Positions 62,984 through 64,000 of a DNA stretch of 64,000 nt are shown here, one piece after another. The stretch spans positions 97,218,001 to 97,282,000 of the forward strand of contig NC_045697.1 of NCBI RefSeq assembly GCF_009834535.1. The letters are read 5' to 3'. Made by a program: the position numbers and the translations under genes. How positions within the stretch are numbered: position 1 is the stretch's first letter; every line of letters begins with the position of its first letter. The stretch is from Camelus ferus. Its lineage: Eukaryota. The notes below the pieces were generated by a model that was given only the letters and a program-made list of their open reading frames with translations, did not search any database and was not told the origin of the DNA.

Positions 62984-64000
62984 TTTTTTTTAATATATTT
63001 TATTAAAGTACAGTCAGTTTATGATGTGTCAATTTCTGGCGTACAGCACAATACTTCAGTCACATAGGAACATACAGATATTCGTTTTCATATTCTGTTT
63101 CACCATAAGTTACTACAAGATATTGAATATAGTTCCCTGTGCTATACAGTATAAACTTGTTGTTTATCTATTTCATATATATTAGTACCTGCAAATCTCA
63201 AACTCCCAATTTATCCCTTCCCATCCCCTTCCCCTCCTGGTAACCACAAGTTTGTTTTCTATGTCTGTGAGTCTGTTTCTGTTTTATAAATAAGTTCATT
63301 TATCTTTTTTTTTTTTAAGATTCCACATATAAGTAATATCATACCATACCATATTTTTCTTTCTCTTTCCAGCTTACTTCACATTCTCCAGGTAATGACA
63401 TTCTCCAGGTTCATCTATGTTGCTGCAAATGGCATTATTTTATTATTTTTTATGGTTTAGTAGTATTCCATTGTATAAATATACCAAATCTTTTTTATCC
63501 AGTCATTTGTTGATGGACATTTAGGTGGTTTCCATGTCTTGGCTATTGTAAATAGTGCTGCTGTTAACATTGGGGTGCTTATGTCTTTTTGAATTAAGGT
63601 TCCCTCGGGATATATGCCCAGGAGTGGGATTGCTAGATCATATGGTAAATCTATTTTTAGTTTTTTGAGGAATCTCCATACTATTTTCCATAGTGGCTAT
63701 ACCAAACTACATTGCCACCAACAATGTAGGAGGGTTCTGTTTTCTCCACAGCCTCTCTAGCATTTACCATTTTGTGAACTGGTATGAGGTGATACCTCAT
63801 TGTAGTTTTGATTTGCATTTCTCTAATAATTAGCAATATTGAGCAGTTTTTCGTGTGCTTATTGACCATTCATATGTCTTCACTGGAATATTGCTTATTT
63901 AGGTCTTCTGCCCATTTTTGGATTGGGTTGTTTATTTTTTTCTTATTAAGTTGTATGATCTGTTTATATATTCTGGAGATTAAGCCCTTGTTAGTCTCAT
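62984..64000 (-). mobile_element. LINE-1 3' end, continuing past the window end
   Basis: Poly-T tail and the same 3'UTR as the other young copies. ORF 63681-63869(-) ...[16 protein letters not shown] is L1 ORF2. Confidence 0.97.

Noticed and set aside
1..64000. Known microRNAs, known micropeptides (myoregulin, phospholamban, DWORF, ELABELA), CRISPR arrays or prokaryotic systems
   Set aside because: Only short partial matches were seen (for example aagaagtatg at 48601 and tatggctttt at 61442) without hairpin context. There are no regularly spaced direct repeats, and the DNA is clearly mammalian. This by-eye search is not exhaustive.

Overview
AT-rich mammalian genomic DNA, most likely camelid (alpaca/camel). 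The assignment rests on a tRNA-derived vic-1-type SINE at ~33.2-33.36 kb and cetartiodactyl-type L1 3' ends. I recognised no intact, nameable protein-coding gene, RNA gene, CRISPR array or prokaryotic system, and most ORF-track entries are chance ORFs or translated repeats. The window is dominated by interspersed repeats: L1 (young and old), L2, MIR, MaLR/MLT, ERV LTRs and MER DNA transposons. The best-supported structure is a five-layer nest at 29.5-33.85 kb. An ancient ERVL provirus carries an MLT2 LTR, a GC-rich processed-pseudogene fragment inside that MLT2, a young CpG-rich LTR inserted exactly at the MLT2 boundary, and a SINE. The young LTR and the retrocopy together form the only CpG-rich patch. 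Repeat-poor unique stretches (about 12-19 kb and 41.6-55 kb) contain minus-strand splice signals, including a convincing 451-nt intron at 15786-16236. These suggest a spliced transcript (lncRNA or, speculatively, a 73-aa micropeptide). Repeat family names come from recalled consensus motifs, not a database search, and boundaries without target-site duplications (TSDs) are approximate.
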